64,000 nucleotides of DNA from the NCBI GenBank assembly GCA_951406725.2, contig OX597824.1:89280001-89344000 (forward strand), in the 5' to 3' direction. Position 1 is the stretch's first letter; every line of letters begins with the position of its first letter. Source of the DNA: Octopus vulgaris. Taxonomy: Eukaryota. Made by a program: the position numbers and the translations under genes. Below are positions 44,921 to 57,559 of the stretch, one piece after another. Under the pieces are notes generated by a model. That model searched no databases. It was not told the DNA's origin and saw nothing but the letters and a program-made list of their open reading frames with translations.

Positions 44921-45491
44921 GTATGTTGAGAATTTGTCTTTGTTCTATTGTGGTGCTCATCGCATTTTTACTATCGTAATTATTATTATTGTTATCATCA
45001 CTGTAATTGTTGTTGCTGTTTACCCCGAGGTCAGATCTGATGGAGCAGGTCTAAAATGGCAAGAATTCTTACTTTGACCATCATGTCTTTTATTGTTTTG
45101 AGCCAAACGTTTCGCAATATTTTGCTAACTCATTCGCTTTATTCAGCAACTTACACCAAAAGCTGACAGGCATTCAAAGTAGAGGCCATTCTTGTTGCAC
45201 CGTTTGAAGCCACCTTTCCGCCAGTTCTATTTGCCATGCCGCCCGAGGTCAGTTTTTATCGTGAGGAGAAATGATATGAGTGATATGATGGTTCTATAGC
45301 GGCTATTTTTAGCATGTAAGGTTTTTTTAACCCTCTTAGTTATAATTGTGACTTGTTCATAATTATAAACTGCTGGAAATAAAAGTAAAAACTTTTATTT
45401 AAATGGCCAAAATTACACTGATGATAACTACAGAAATCAACCGAAAAATTTACATGAACGATGATATTTTTAAAAAATGAAGAGTTTAATA

Positions 45492-45568
<77 letters not shown>

Positions 45569-45685
45569 TATATACATATACATATATAAATATATATACA
45601 TATACATATATATATATATACATATATATATACATATACATATATATATACATATACATATATATATATACATATATATACATAC

Positions 45686-45740
<55 letters not shown>

Positions 45741-45779
45741 TATATACATATATACATATACATATATATATACATATAC

Positions 45780-45810
<31 letters not shown>

Positions 45811-45926
45811 CATATATATATATACATATACATATATTTATATATATATATACATATATATACATATATATATATATATATACATATATATACATATATA
45901 TATATCAGCGTGTACGTGGATGAGTT

Positions 45927-45992
<66 letters not shown>

Positions 45993-46593
45993 TGTGTGTG
46001 TGTAAAATTGACAAAATATAATTTACGATTAAAATTTAGTGTAAATTTTATTAAAATGCGAACGACTTCGGAGCAAAACATCTTATCACATTCGCCTGCA
46101 TTGAGCGTCTCTGACAGTCACTCGCTCCCAATCCGTTCCGTGTTTTAGCTTTCATTCTGCTCGTGCAGCCGATGTGAACGCAATGCTTTTTCATTACACG
46201 TAAGATAAGATTAGTTAAGCACTTAGAATGTACTTTCAAATACGAAAGACAAACAGAACAGCAAAGCAGAAACGCTGTCGGATAATTTATATGTTTTTTT
46301 TTTCTCTCTCGATAATTTGATGTTTTATACTTTTAAGTTTTTTCTTTCTTTTCTTCCTATAAAAAATATGTTGTTAATAAAAATGTGTCTATCAGCGTTA
46401 TTCAATTAAAAAAAAATTTACAAAAATATTTTATTAAGCATTATGAGACAAATGAAAAAGATAAACAGATCGACTTCAGCTCGTGCTGAATGATTTAAAA
46501 AGCATAAATCTTACAAATTGGAACAAATTCAACAACTTCAAACGCTAAAGTGCTACAAAAAAAAGTATGTAGTATATTGTGTATTATATATTA

Positions 46594-46974
46594 CTAGCAG
46601 TATCGCCCGGCGTTGCTCGGGTTTACTTTGACCATTTAGAATTGGAATTTTTGAAAAGTAAAAATTTTGCATTATGTAGCTTGTTATTCTCTTTAAGTGA
46701 ACATTTTTCTGGTTGAAAAATGGCGACACAGCAGTCAAAACAGCGTAAAAAAATAGGGATTTTCATTAAAAAAAAGCACCATTCTGATGTAAATAATTTT
46801 TGGTGTTAACATGATCCGATTTGAATTTTTTCTTCTACGGAGGGAAGAGCAAACCTTCTTCTACCATACTTTCAATTTTGGTCAACTTGCGCCGCAGGGT
46901 CTCGGAGGAGATAGTGTTAGTTGAAGGCTACCAAACCTGCCATACACAAACAACTTCAGCTTTATATATATAGT
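46594..46974 (-). mobile_element. Non-autonomous Helitron
   Basis: Same termini and body as 22715-23100. Confidence 0.7.
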
Positions 46975-47135
46975 GTATTATATATTTCTACGCATGCGCA
47001 TAAGTATATTTCTGTGATTGTCTACATATAAACGTTCATATGTACATATATATGCATGTGTATATGCGTATATGAGTGCATATGTTTGCATGAATTTGCA
47101 ATGTATCTAATGTAAAATATCTACGATTATTTTAG

Positions 47136-47216
47136 GTGTCCACATGTCAAATTACCGTCTGGGAACATAGCATGGGAATCAAACCATACTACAGTCTCCT
47201 TGATCACAATTGCTGA
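47136..47216 (+). CDS. Three-domain cystatin, last coding exon
   Basis: attttag|GTG...TGC TGA; VSTCQITVWEHSMGIKPYYSLLDHNC*. C-x3-VW...C terminal disulfide typical of type-2 cystatins. A donor AG|gtaaga follows 6 nt after the stop. Confidence 0.9.
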   Translation: MSTCQITVWEHSMGIKPYYSLLDHNC

Positions 47217-48129
47217 AGTCAGGTAAGAATTTTACAGTAACGTAGTTCGCTTTTCAACCATGTGGTTTTCGGGTTAGCTCCCACTAAGGAGTATCTGTTA
47301 TAAGTCCGGTTCGACTGGCATGCTATGAGTGAATTTGGTTGACGGAAGATATATATGTATGTGTGTGTGTGTACATATATATCTTACGGAGATGTACTTG
47401 CATAGCAAGTGACCTGATCTGATCGTGTGCTGGAACGAAAACAATTGCAGCGTGGAAGGTGTTTATAATCCATTTAAGAAACACACAAAAACCGTTAGAT
47501 TCACTTCAACATTTAAATTTAATTTGTCAAATGCAGCACAAAGTTTTGTCAGTGAACAGGTCGCGGTCTCAAGCGACGAAAATATTTTGACAAATTAAAT
47601 TTAAATGTTGAAGTGAATCTAACGGTTTTTGTGTGTTTCTTAAAAAGCACCTTCCACGCTGTAATTGTATATATATATATATATATTTTATATACATATA
47701 TTTATATATATACCTACATATATTTATATATGTATATCTTATGTATGTATGTATGTATGTATGTATGTGTGTGTGTGTGTGGTGTGTCTGCGTGTATTTT
47801 GTTTGTCGCTCAAAGCATGATAACCAGCATTGGTTTATTTACAGTCCCGTAAATTAGCAGTTCTATTAATGCGGCCGATAAAATAAGTACCATACTTTAA
47901 AATATTTACTGGGGCCGATTTGTGTGACTAAGCCCTTCAAGGCTGTGCCCCAGCATGGCCGTAGTTCAATGACTGAACCAAGTAAAAGATAAGAGAGTTT
48001 ATTTGTTTCTCTCGTGGTATTTAACATCCATATTCCAATTACAGTGCTGTTGACCAGAAGTTGGTGTAGTTAAACAGAGAAAGAAAGATAAAAGTACTCA
48101 CTGATATCACGTGTCAATTGTCTTCAAAA

Positions 48130-48520
48130 AGCGCTAAGACTAGAAATGTTATACGGTGTAATCCGCTATACAACATTTTGTACAAAACCAAATTGCGAAA
48201 TATTTTCTCTCTTAAATGGAAATTATTACTTGAATAGTCATAACGTCCGTCAGCTGTTCGACTAACATAATGTTAAGGTCAGTTACGGGTGTATGGACAA
48301 TACATCTAGTGCTGTGAAGCAACTTCGCGAAAGCATTGCAATCAAGCACAATACGAAGGGAGTCAATATGCAAGGCTCACCAGATAAGCAAAATGTACAG
48401 GAAAAGAGTAATGCTTATCGTAGTGATGGATCTTCTAGCAACATACTGATCCATGCTGAAATTCCGCTTTAAGAATTTCAAAGAGAAAAGCACCGGCCTC
48501 GAAATATTAAAAGCGTTAAG
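48130..48520 (+). mobile_element. Highly decayed Penelope-like fragment (post-RT linker)
   Basis: RNVIRCNPLYN and RQLFD.HNVKVSYGCMDN resemble the PLE pattern R.IIWFNPPY...KVSYSCM.N. Frameshifts and stops. Confidence 0.5.
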
Positions 48521-48601
48521 TCACTCAATTATTTTCCTTTCGTACTCACATACGCCACAGACACTTGGGACCCGGCCTTAAGAGCCTAAGGCTCGGAAAC
48601 G

Positions 48602-48717
<116 letters not shown>

Positions 48718-48876
48718 CTGTCTGTCTGCATGTCTGCCTACCTGTCTATCTGTCTATCTATTTGTGTGTTAGTATGTCTGTTCGTCTGTCTGTCTATCTA
48801 TCCATCTGTCTGTTGTCAGTCTGTCTGTTTGTCCATCTGTCTGTCTATGTCTGTCTGTATGTCTATCTGTCTATAC

Positions 48877-48970
<94 letters not shown>

Positions 48971-49192
48971 TTCTTTCTGCCTCTCTCTCTCTATCCTCTT
49001 GTCTGTCTGTCTATCTCTCTCTCTCTCTCTCCCTCTCTCCCTTTGTCTATCTATCTACACAAGAAATATTTTAGCACTTAAAAGCCGTGCTCATTTATAT
49101 ATGGGTTACGCCAAATATTACACACAAACATATTTGCATACATCACAATTTATTTTAACTGATATTTCTTTTTTCATTGTTTATATTTTCAG

Positions 49193-49265
49193 AGATTGTT
49201 TGCTGTTAGCATCAGGAAACATAATAGATCGGATGAATCAATTAAATGACGTATATACACAGATT
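49193..49265 (+). other. Candidate non-coding terminal (3' UTR) exon of the cystatin gene
   Basis: Long pyrimidine tract ending ttttcag at 49192, ATTAAA at 49241-49246 and a T/GT-rich downstream stretch. A downstream exon is implied by the donor at 47223, but this acceptor is not unique. Confidence 0.4.
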
Positions 49266-49304
49266 AGTTTCTATTGGTTATTTCTGATTGTCTTATAGCA
49301 TATG

Positions 49305-49344
<40 letters not shown>

Positions 49345-49379
49345 CCAGTCTGTCTGTCTATCGCCCTCTGTATGTATAT

Positions 49380-49422
<43 letters not shown>

Positions 49423-49477
49423 TATCTATATATATAGATATATATATACATATATAAATTTATATATATATACATAC

Positions 49478-49510
<33 letters not shown>

Positions 49511-49548
49511 CATACATATATATATATATAAACTTACTTGGAGAAAAG

Positions 49549-49608
<60 letters not shown>

Positions 49609-49891
49609 AATATATGTATGTATGTATGTATATGATGAAACTGATCAGTCGATAGAATTCTGTAATGAAATAAAATACTTGAAACAAAAAACTTGTGTTT
49701 GTTTGTTTACTATTTATGTTGGTGTGGGTGTGTGCTTGTGTCTTTGTCTCATTTTTATCTTTTAAACTGTACTTGTACTCAAGCACACATACATAAACAC
49801 AGGCAAACACATAGTTGAACATGAACACACACATACATACACACACATAAATACATACATACATACATACATACATACATACATACATACA

Positions 49892-49960
<69 letters not shown>

Positions 49961-50069
49961 CGCAGTAAGCACATAAATGTGAAACAAAGGTGGGAAAAAA
50001 TAAGAGTACTCAAATACCAGAGGTAGAGTAATATGCTTTATTTAAAAGCAGCAGATAATATAACAAAAG

Positions 50070-50152
50070 CTGTTACTCAGAGTTTCACGTTCCCGTTCGT
50101 CGGACAGTTTTGTTCTGTCCGACGAACGGGAACGTGAAACTCAGAGTAACAG
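50070..50152. ncRNA. Back-to-back hammerhead pair (- 50070-50107, + 50115-50152)
   Basis: Near-perfect palindrome about 50038-50183 with a 7-nt spacer. Each arm is ctgt CCGACGA ACG-GGAA-CGT GAAA CTC(A/T)GAG TA^ acag. Confidence 0.75.
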
Positions 50153-50211
50153 CTTTTGTTATATTTCTGCTGCTTTTAAATAATACATACATACATACAT
50201 ACATACATACA

Positions 50212-50286
<75 letters not shown>

Positions 50287-51014
50287 GTGTGTGTGTGTGT
50301 GTGTGTGAACTGAAATTTATACATACCGTCGAGAAAACTAGTAGTATGGTTCTGAACAATAATACCTTGTGGTGTATGTTCTGCCCCAATCGAAAAGACG
50401 CTCCCTTTGCCACTTTTGTCCTGGCATATCTACGGAAACAGTGATTGGTTCGTTATAAACCAGCAACCAATGACACTATAATACCCATCTTCTACAGAGA
50501 ATACCTAATGTTTTAGTTGTCTGTACATTTACGCCAATGACACCAACAACAGTTCACAATTGCCACAGTGGAAGGTAAAATCTCTGTGACCATTCATCCA
50601 ACGAAAAATAAAAATGAAATCCCTCTTAGACTTTCCTGTTTGTCATAAAAACTAAACCGGTACTCCGTCGGTTACGACGACGAGTGTTCCAGTTAATCCG
50701 ATCAACAGAACAGCCTCTTCATGAAAGTAATGTGCAAGTGGATGAGCACTCCACAGGCACGTGTACTCTTAACGCAGTTCACAAGGAGATTCAGCATGAC
50801 ACAGAGTGTGATAAGGGTGGCCCTTTGGAATACAGGTACTACTAGTTTTTGCCAGGTGAGTGGACCGCAGCAACGAGAAATAAAGTGTCTTGCTCAAGGA
50901 CACAATGTGCCGCAGGAAATCGAACTGACAACCTTACGATCGTGAACCGAATAGCCCCAACCACTAAATCATGCACTCTAACCCCTGTTAAGCTTAAGTT
51001 CTTTTATTTTAATA

Positions 51015-51388
51015 TTGAGTTGTCCGGAAAGTTCGTGCCGATTTATAGTAGCTTACCTTTCGACTTATTTTAGCACATTGTTGAGTTCATAAAATAGGAT
51101 TTGACTACACCTCCATTTAGAGCACAGTTTAGGCTATCTTTTCGTGGAAGAAGATTTATATTCCTATAATCTGTGTTAATTCTGTAACCCTTTAAAATGG
51201 AAGATAAGAAAGTTCATTTTCAGCACTTGATGCTTTGGGAACCAGAAAAAAAATTGCTGCAGCTCGGCTGGGATGTGCATTGTGCAACAAGATGGTTCAT
51301 ATTTGGTTGATTAAAAATGTAATGGCAAGTATTTATTGACCTTTTTCTTTCCTTTAATAATCGGCACGAACTTTCCGAACACCCCCAA
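51015..51388 (+). mobile_element. Internally deleted mariner element
   Basis: TIRs ttgagttgtccggaaagttcgtgccgatt / aatcggcacgaactttccgaacacccccaa with TA flanks; N-terminus MEDKKVHFQHLMLWE. Confidence 0.85.
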
Positions 51389-51714
51389 TAGCTTCTTTCC
51401 TCGAACTGCTGGTCTCTGGAACCCACTGCGATCGTCGTGTTTTCCTCCAGTCTTTCATATTCAGTCCGTTAAGCTGTCAAACATTCGACATCTTTTGAAA
51501 TTGTAGGCCCCTTCTTTTGCTTTTTTGTGGTCCCTTATGCTAGAATGGTCTCAAGACTTTTTTTGGAACAAAATCGTATTAGGAAAAAACAACAACAACA
51601 AAACAAAACAAAACAGAAAGACTCATTCTGCCGAAATAGATCTGCCGGTCAACCGGAGTTGTTGTCAATGACTAACTGCAAGTCATATATGTCTGGAGGA
51701 TTCACGTTGACACA

Positions 51715-51744
51715 ACAACAACAAGAACAACAACAACAACAACA

Positions 51745-51800
<56 letters not shown>

Positions 51801-51927
51801 GACTGCTACTGCTGCTGCTGCTGATGATGATGCTACTACTACTTCTGCAGCTGCTGCTGTTACTACTACTGCTGCTGTTACAACTGCTACTACTACTACA
51901 GCTACTACAACTATTACAGCTACTTCA

Positions 51928-51985
<58 letters not shown>

Positions 51986-52155
51986 ATACTAATACTACTG
52001 CTACTACTACAAAATATATTTAAAAACTGCGGCAACTTCAACAACAAAACAATAACAATACAACAAAACAACAACAACAGCCACAATAACAACAACCGTA
52101 ACAACAACAACAACATCCACATCAACGCCACGGCAACAACAACAACAACAACAAC
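51715..52155. repeat. (CAA)/(CTA)/(CTG) trinucleotide low-complexity tract
   Basis: Read directly. Confidence 0.9.
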
Positions 52156-52601
52156 TAATGTCAAAGGCAAGGAATGGCTTCGTGTCTTTTGTAAAGATTC
52201 GCTCTCAGCGCCGTTCGCTTCTTGGGTTACAGTCTTGGTGTGAGTTTTCGGAGATCCGATACTTGATGCTCTGCTTCAAGTCTTCAGGTCTTCGGGTTAC
52301 ATGGATCTTCTCCAAGTGGCGAAGCTAGTTTAGGAAACATGGAGGAAACGGTGAGACAAAACAAGAAAGAAGCATATGTAAAGGCGCATGCGTCGCCGTG
52401 TGTGTTAAAAGTAGTTTGCCTCTCGACCATATGGCTGTGGATTCAAACCTACGGCAAGGCACCTTGAGCTAGTATCTACTGCTACAACCTCGGGCTGAGC
52501 AAAGCCTTTTGAGTGGATTTGGTAGACGTATATGTATATATGTGTGTATGTGTATGTATGTAAATATGTATGTATGTATGTATGTATGTATATATATATA
52601 T

Positions 52602-52686
<85 letters not shown>

Positions 52687-53100
52687 GGCGTAGGAGTGGA
52701 TGTGTGGTAAATAGCTTGCTTACCAACCACACAGTTCCGGGTTCAGTCCCACTGCGTGGCACCTTGGGCAAGTGTCTTCTACTATAGCCGCGAGCCGACC
52801 AAAGCCATTTGAGTGGATTTGGTAGACGGAAACTGAAAGAAGCCTGTCGTATATATGTATATATATATATATGTGTGTGTGCGTGTATGTTTGTGTGTCT
52901 ATATTTGTCCCCCTAGCATTGCTTGACAACCAATGCTGGTGTGTTTATGTCCCCGTCACTTAGCGGTTCGGCAAAAGAGACCGATAGAATAAGTACTGGG
53001 CTTACAAAGAATAAGTCCCGGGTCGAGTTGCTCGATTAAAGGCGGTGCTCCAGCATGGCCGCAGTCAAATGACTGAAACAAGTAAAAAGAGTAAAAAGAG
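52687..53100 (+). mobile_element. tRNA-derived SINE (abundant family)
   Basis: ggcgtaggagtggatgtgtggtaa...gggttcagtccc head and a (gtaaaaga)n tail. Further copies at about 710-1085, 10845-11160(-), 16055-16437(-), 27164-27320, 30410-30803(-), 58075-58410(-) and 60412-60810. Confidence 0.8.
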
Positions 53101-53136
<36 letters not shown>

Positions 53137-53167
53137 GATAGATATATAAACATATGTATATATATAT

Positions 53168-54227
53168 ATATACATTATATAAAAGGGCTTAGTAAAATAA
53201 ATTACTTTGCCACATACTGAACTCATTAGAAATAGCAGCTAAAAAAAAAACTTTTTTAAAACTATTTCTAATACTAGTGTTTTCAAATCCAAATAATAGT
53301 GTTTTCAAATCCAAACCAAGGAGTTCTGAGCTGACGAAAGAAATGTCGATTTGACTAATCTAGAAACGTACGTTCTCAAATAACCTTTGCATTTGATTTT
53401 TTAATGTCTTTACCCCCATACTTTCGTGAGTTGAATTGAGCAAACACTATATGAGAGAGATTTTCTTTAAGTATTAGAAATAGTTTTAAAAAAGTTTTTT
53501 TTAGCTGCTATTTCTAATGAGTTCAGTATGTGGCAAAGTAATTTATTTTACTAAGCCCTTTTATATAATGTAATAATTTGAATTCGCCTTAAATGGTCCC
53601 TTTGCATACTGAGTACTTGGTGAAATTGATTAATAATTAATTAATTTTACCCTCAATTGTTGAAATTATAATTCATCTCTCTCTATTTAATGCTTCGGAT
53701 TTTACCGAAAAAGCATAGTGTTTGCTGATTTTAACCCACGCTGGTGGAAAGGGGAGAGCAGAAATTCTTCGCTTGCATATTTTGAGTTTGCTGGCACTGA
53801 TAGTTCGAGCAGATCTTCAGAAGCGATAAGAAGCCGAAAGGGTATGCTCCCACTTTCAGTGTTTTCAAATCCAAACCAAGGAGTTCTGAGCTGACGAAAG
53901 AAATGTCGATTTGACTAATCTAGAAACGTACGTTCTCAAATAACCTTTGCATTTGATTTTTTAATGTCTTTACCCCCATACTTTCGTGAGTTGAATTGAG
54001 CAAACACTATATGAGAGAGATTTTCTTTAAGTATTAGAAATAGTTTTAAAAAAGTTTTTTTTTAGCTGCTATTTCTAATGAGTTCAGTATGTGGCAAAGT
54101 AATTTATTTTACTAAGCCCTTTTATATAATGTAATAATTTGAATTCGCCTTAAATGGTCCCTTTGCATACTGAATACTTGGTGAAATTGATTAATAATTA
54201 ATTAATTTTACCCTCAATTGTTGAAAT
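53168..54227 (+). mobile_element. Retrozyme-like / non-autonomous Penelope-like element with two hammerheads
   Basis: Near-identical ~370-bp direct repeats at 53298-53666 and 53858-54227. Each carries tgag CTGACGA A AGA..GTC..GAC..TCT A GAAA CGTACG TT^ ctca (53327-53378, 53887-53938). Preceded by an inverted ~105-bp copy of part of the repeat (53168-53275). (TA)n on both sides; no ORF. Confidence 0.75.
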
Positions 54228-54235
54228 ATATATAT

Positions 54236-54312
<77 letters not shown>

Positions 54313-54524
54313 TACATATGTGTGTGTGTATACATGCGAATGTGTGTATGTGTGTATCAGTGTGTCTGTGTTTGTTCTGCACTATCGCTTGACAACCGGT
54401 GCTGGTTTATATATATCTACGTAACTTAGCGGCTTGTCAAAAAGAGACCGACAGAATAGGTACCAGGCTTTACAAACCCAAAATAAGTAGCAGGTTCGAT
54501 CCATGTGACCAAAATTCTTGAAGG

Positions 54525-55276
54525 CTAAACACAGAGAGGACAATCAAGGAGAGACAAGGGGATTAAGTCGATTATATCGACCCCAGTGCGTAACTGGTAC
54601 TTATGTAATCGACCCCGAAAGGATGAAAGGCAAAGTGGTCTCGGCGGAATTTGAACTCAGAACGTAGCAGCAGACGAAATACCCATTTCTTTACTACCCA
54701 CAAGGGACTAAACACAGAGAGGACAAACAAGGACAGACAAACGGATTATATCGACTCCTGTGCTTAACTGGTACTTATTTAATCGACCCCGAAAGGATGA
54801 AAGGAAAAGTCGACCTCGGCGGAATTTGAACTCAGAACGTAGCGGCAGACGAAATACCAATTTCCTTACTACCCACAAGGGGCTAAACACAGAGAGCACA
54901 AACAAGGACAGACAAACGGATTAAGTCGATTATATCTACCCCAGTGCGTAACTGGTACTTAATTTATCGACCCCGAAAGGATGAAAGGCAAAGTCGACCT
55001 CGGCGGAATTTGAACTCAGAACGTAGCAGCAAACGAAATACCTATTTCTTCTCTACCCACAAGGAGCTAAACACAGAGCGGACAAACAAGGACAGACAAA
55101 CGGATTAATTCGATTACATCGACCCCACTGTGTAACTGGTACTTAATTTATCGACCCCGAAAGGATGAAAGTCAAAGTCGACCTCGGCGGAATTTGAACT
55201 CAGAACGTAGCGGCAGACGAAATACTGCTACGCATTTCGCCCGGCGTGCTAACGTTTCTGCCAGCTCCTCGCCGCC
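54525..55276 (-). repeat. Head-to-tail array of four ~180-bp SINE body units with a single head
   Basis: Units start at ctaaacacagaga (54525, 54708, 54883, 55067); the single head ggcggcgag..ctggcagaaacgttagc is at 55276. Monomers at 11330-11566(-), 33917-34130 and 63845-64000. Confidence 0.85.
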
Positions 55277-55370
55277 TTTGATAACAGTAAACCGTTACGG
55301 ATAGAACTATTCACCGGAGACAAAGACAACAAACTTCATTAAAATCGAGGTACAAGAGCACTGATATACG

Positions 55371-55800
55371 TTCTATTTACTTTCATTTTATACAATTTTC
55401 TGAAGGTTGACATTCTCCACATACGCTTATTAAAGGACCATTTTTTTTTTGTTGTTCTTCCATATGTAGTGTTTCTGCACTTAATGAGCAACGACGTTTA
55501 ACATATATATTGCTTAGGAAAGACATCGAGCTTTCTATTACAGCTGAAGAAGGAGACAATAACAGCAAGTTTATAATTACTTTCAAGATAATTGGAAGAC
55601 GAATTCTATCGCCACATGTTTCTTGAGAAATATAATACCAGTTTTTCTCTGCTTCTGTAATTTCATTTTCTTGTAAAGTTAATTCAGTCGATTCTCTGTC
55701 GGTATCTTCATAATGTTTTTCCTTAGGAAATATCAGAGAAATAATTGAATGTAACTGTCATTGCGACATTTTCTTGACCTAAAGCTTCAAACAGCTGTAC
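55371..55800 (-). mobile_element. hAT transposase C-terminal (dimerisation domain) remnant
   Basis: VIINLLLLSPSSAVIESSMSFLSNIYVKRRCSLSAETL resembles L.LP.SSA..ER.FS.L..I....R..L...L. Confidence 0.6.
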
Positions 55801-55995
55801 ATTAGTGGACAGACGAAACAATTCAATCCGTTTCTTACATTTCCCTGCTAAGGCTGACGTCAATATTCAATATATATCGAGGCGGCGAGCTGGCAGAAAC
55901 ATTAGCACGCCGGGCGAAGTCCTTAGCTGTCTAGAATACTCTCACACGCAAACACACATAGGTGGACTTACATGCTGTCACAGAAACATGAACTG

Positions 55996-56051
<56 letters not shown>

Positions 56052-56129
56052 ACACACAAGCATAAACTCACTCATAAAAACACAGCACGATGCTTCTCGC
56101 ACACAAACCTTAGTGGGGTAGATTTTATT

Positions 56130-57068
56130 AGCGCTACAGAAAGTTTCATATGTTGAGAAAACTCAAACATATTCTTCAGGCGCAAACCACATCTCATAAA
56201 CAGCTGAAGAAGCCGAGAAGGCAGTATATAGAAAACGTTGACAGTAAATAACGGAAAACGAAAAACGGGAAAGGAAATCGAAAGGTGCTATCCTCCTTTG
56301 GCCTTAAATGATAAGGCTGGGAAGATATCAAGTCAATCAAGAATAGGTGGAATTTTCCAATTCTTCAAAATATATTCTATTTACTTTCATTTTATACAAT
56401 TTTCTGACGGTTGACATTCTCGTCATACGCTTATTAAAGGACCATTTTTTTTTTGTTCTTTCATATAACGAGTTATGTAGTGTTTCTGCACTTAATGAGC
56501 AACGACGTTTAACATATATATTGCTTAGCAAAGACATCAAGCTTTCTATTACAGCTGAAGAATGAGACAATGCAACCACTGCAAATTTCTGACGGGGAGT
56601 TCAATAATAGAGAGTTAGGGATCTTAAATCTGAACAGGATCTGCGCTTTTTCAGCCAGACAAAGTCTACATTTATTCGATCCAATTCCATAAGGTATGGT
56701 TTCCTCAATTACTTTCCATTTAATCACACGCGGTGTTTCGTTATCTTGGCTAGCTACGTATGGACTTATCCAGTGGTTGCATGCATATGTATAAATATAT
56801 TTTGAAGAATTGGAAAATTCCGCCTATTCCTAACTGATTTGATACCTTTCCAGCCTTATCATTTAACGCCTAAGGAGGATAGCATCTTGTGGTTCCGCTT
56901 CCCGTTTTTCGTTTTCCGTTGTTTACTGTCTACGTTTTCTATATTCTGCCTTCTCAGCTTAATCGCATTTCTTTTATTTATTCAATTTCTTTTCTTCGTT
57001 ATGATATGTGGTTTGCGCATGAAGAATATGTTTGAGATCTCTCAACGTATGAAACTATTCGCAGCGCT
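56130..57068 (-). mobile_element. Penelope-like element 3' end (GIY-YIG C-terminus + pLTR) with an inverted pLTR copy
   Basis: 56509-56727(-) reads IKWKVIEETIPYGIGSNKCRLCLAEKAQILF...LLNSPSEICSGC. The inverted copy from about 56771 supplies SGCMHMYKYILK. Arms about 56130-56376 and 56793-57068. Confidence 0.8.
56131..56183 (-). ncRNA. Canonical-core type-I hammerhead in the Penelope-like pLTR
   Basis: gcgc CTGAAGA ATATGTTTGAG-TTTT-CTCAACATAT GAAA CTTTCTG TA^ gcgc. A mutated copy lies at 57015-57067(+). Confidence 0.8.
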
Positions 57069-57196
57069 TTAATACACGTGACCTTTAAAAAGAAATTACC
57101 TCTCACCAGATGGGGTACTTTTTTTTTTGAATTTACTATCATATTTTATACATCTTTTGTTTTTTGTAAATTCTCACTATATATATATATATATAT

Positions 57197-57262
<66 letters not shown>

Positions 57263-57527
57263 GCATGCATACATATCTACATACATATACATATATAAAT
57301 ATATATGTGTACATATATATATCTATATATAAATATACAAAGATAGATGCATGCATCTATATATATATATATATATATATACATACATATACATATATAA
57401 ATATATATATGTGTACACACACATCACACACACACGCACACACATAAACATATATATATAAATCTTTAATCTTTTAGCTTATCGAATGTTATTCTAGTTG
57501 TTGAAGCTTTTACATAGGCACACTCAG

Positions 57528-57559
<32 letters not shown>

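Noticed and set aside
48045-48130. Alternative 3' UTR exon after ccaattacag
   Set aside because: Weaker acceptor, no nearby poly(A) signal, and it runs into a decayed PLE; cannot be excluded without transcripts.
51527-52243. 238-aa poly-Q/poly-L ORF
   Set aside because: Trinucleotide low-complexity sequence with a non-ATG start; no domain.
53790-53850. Third hammerhead in the core of the retrozyme-like unit
   Set aside because: CTGATAG on the + strand and CTGAAGA..GAAC on the - strand do not give a consistent core plus stems.
54525-55276. CRISPR-like or regularly spaced array
   Set aside because: The units are whole ~180-bp SINE segments with no unique spacers; eukaryotic context and no cas genes.
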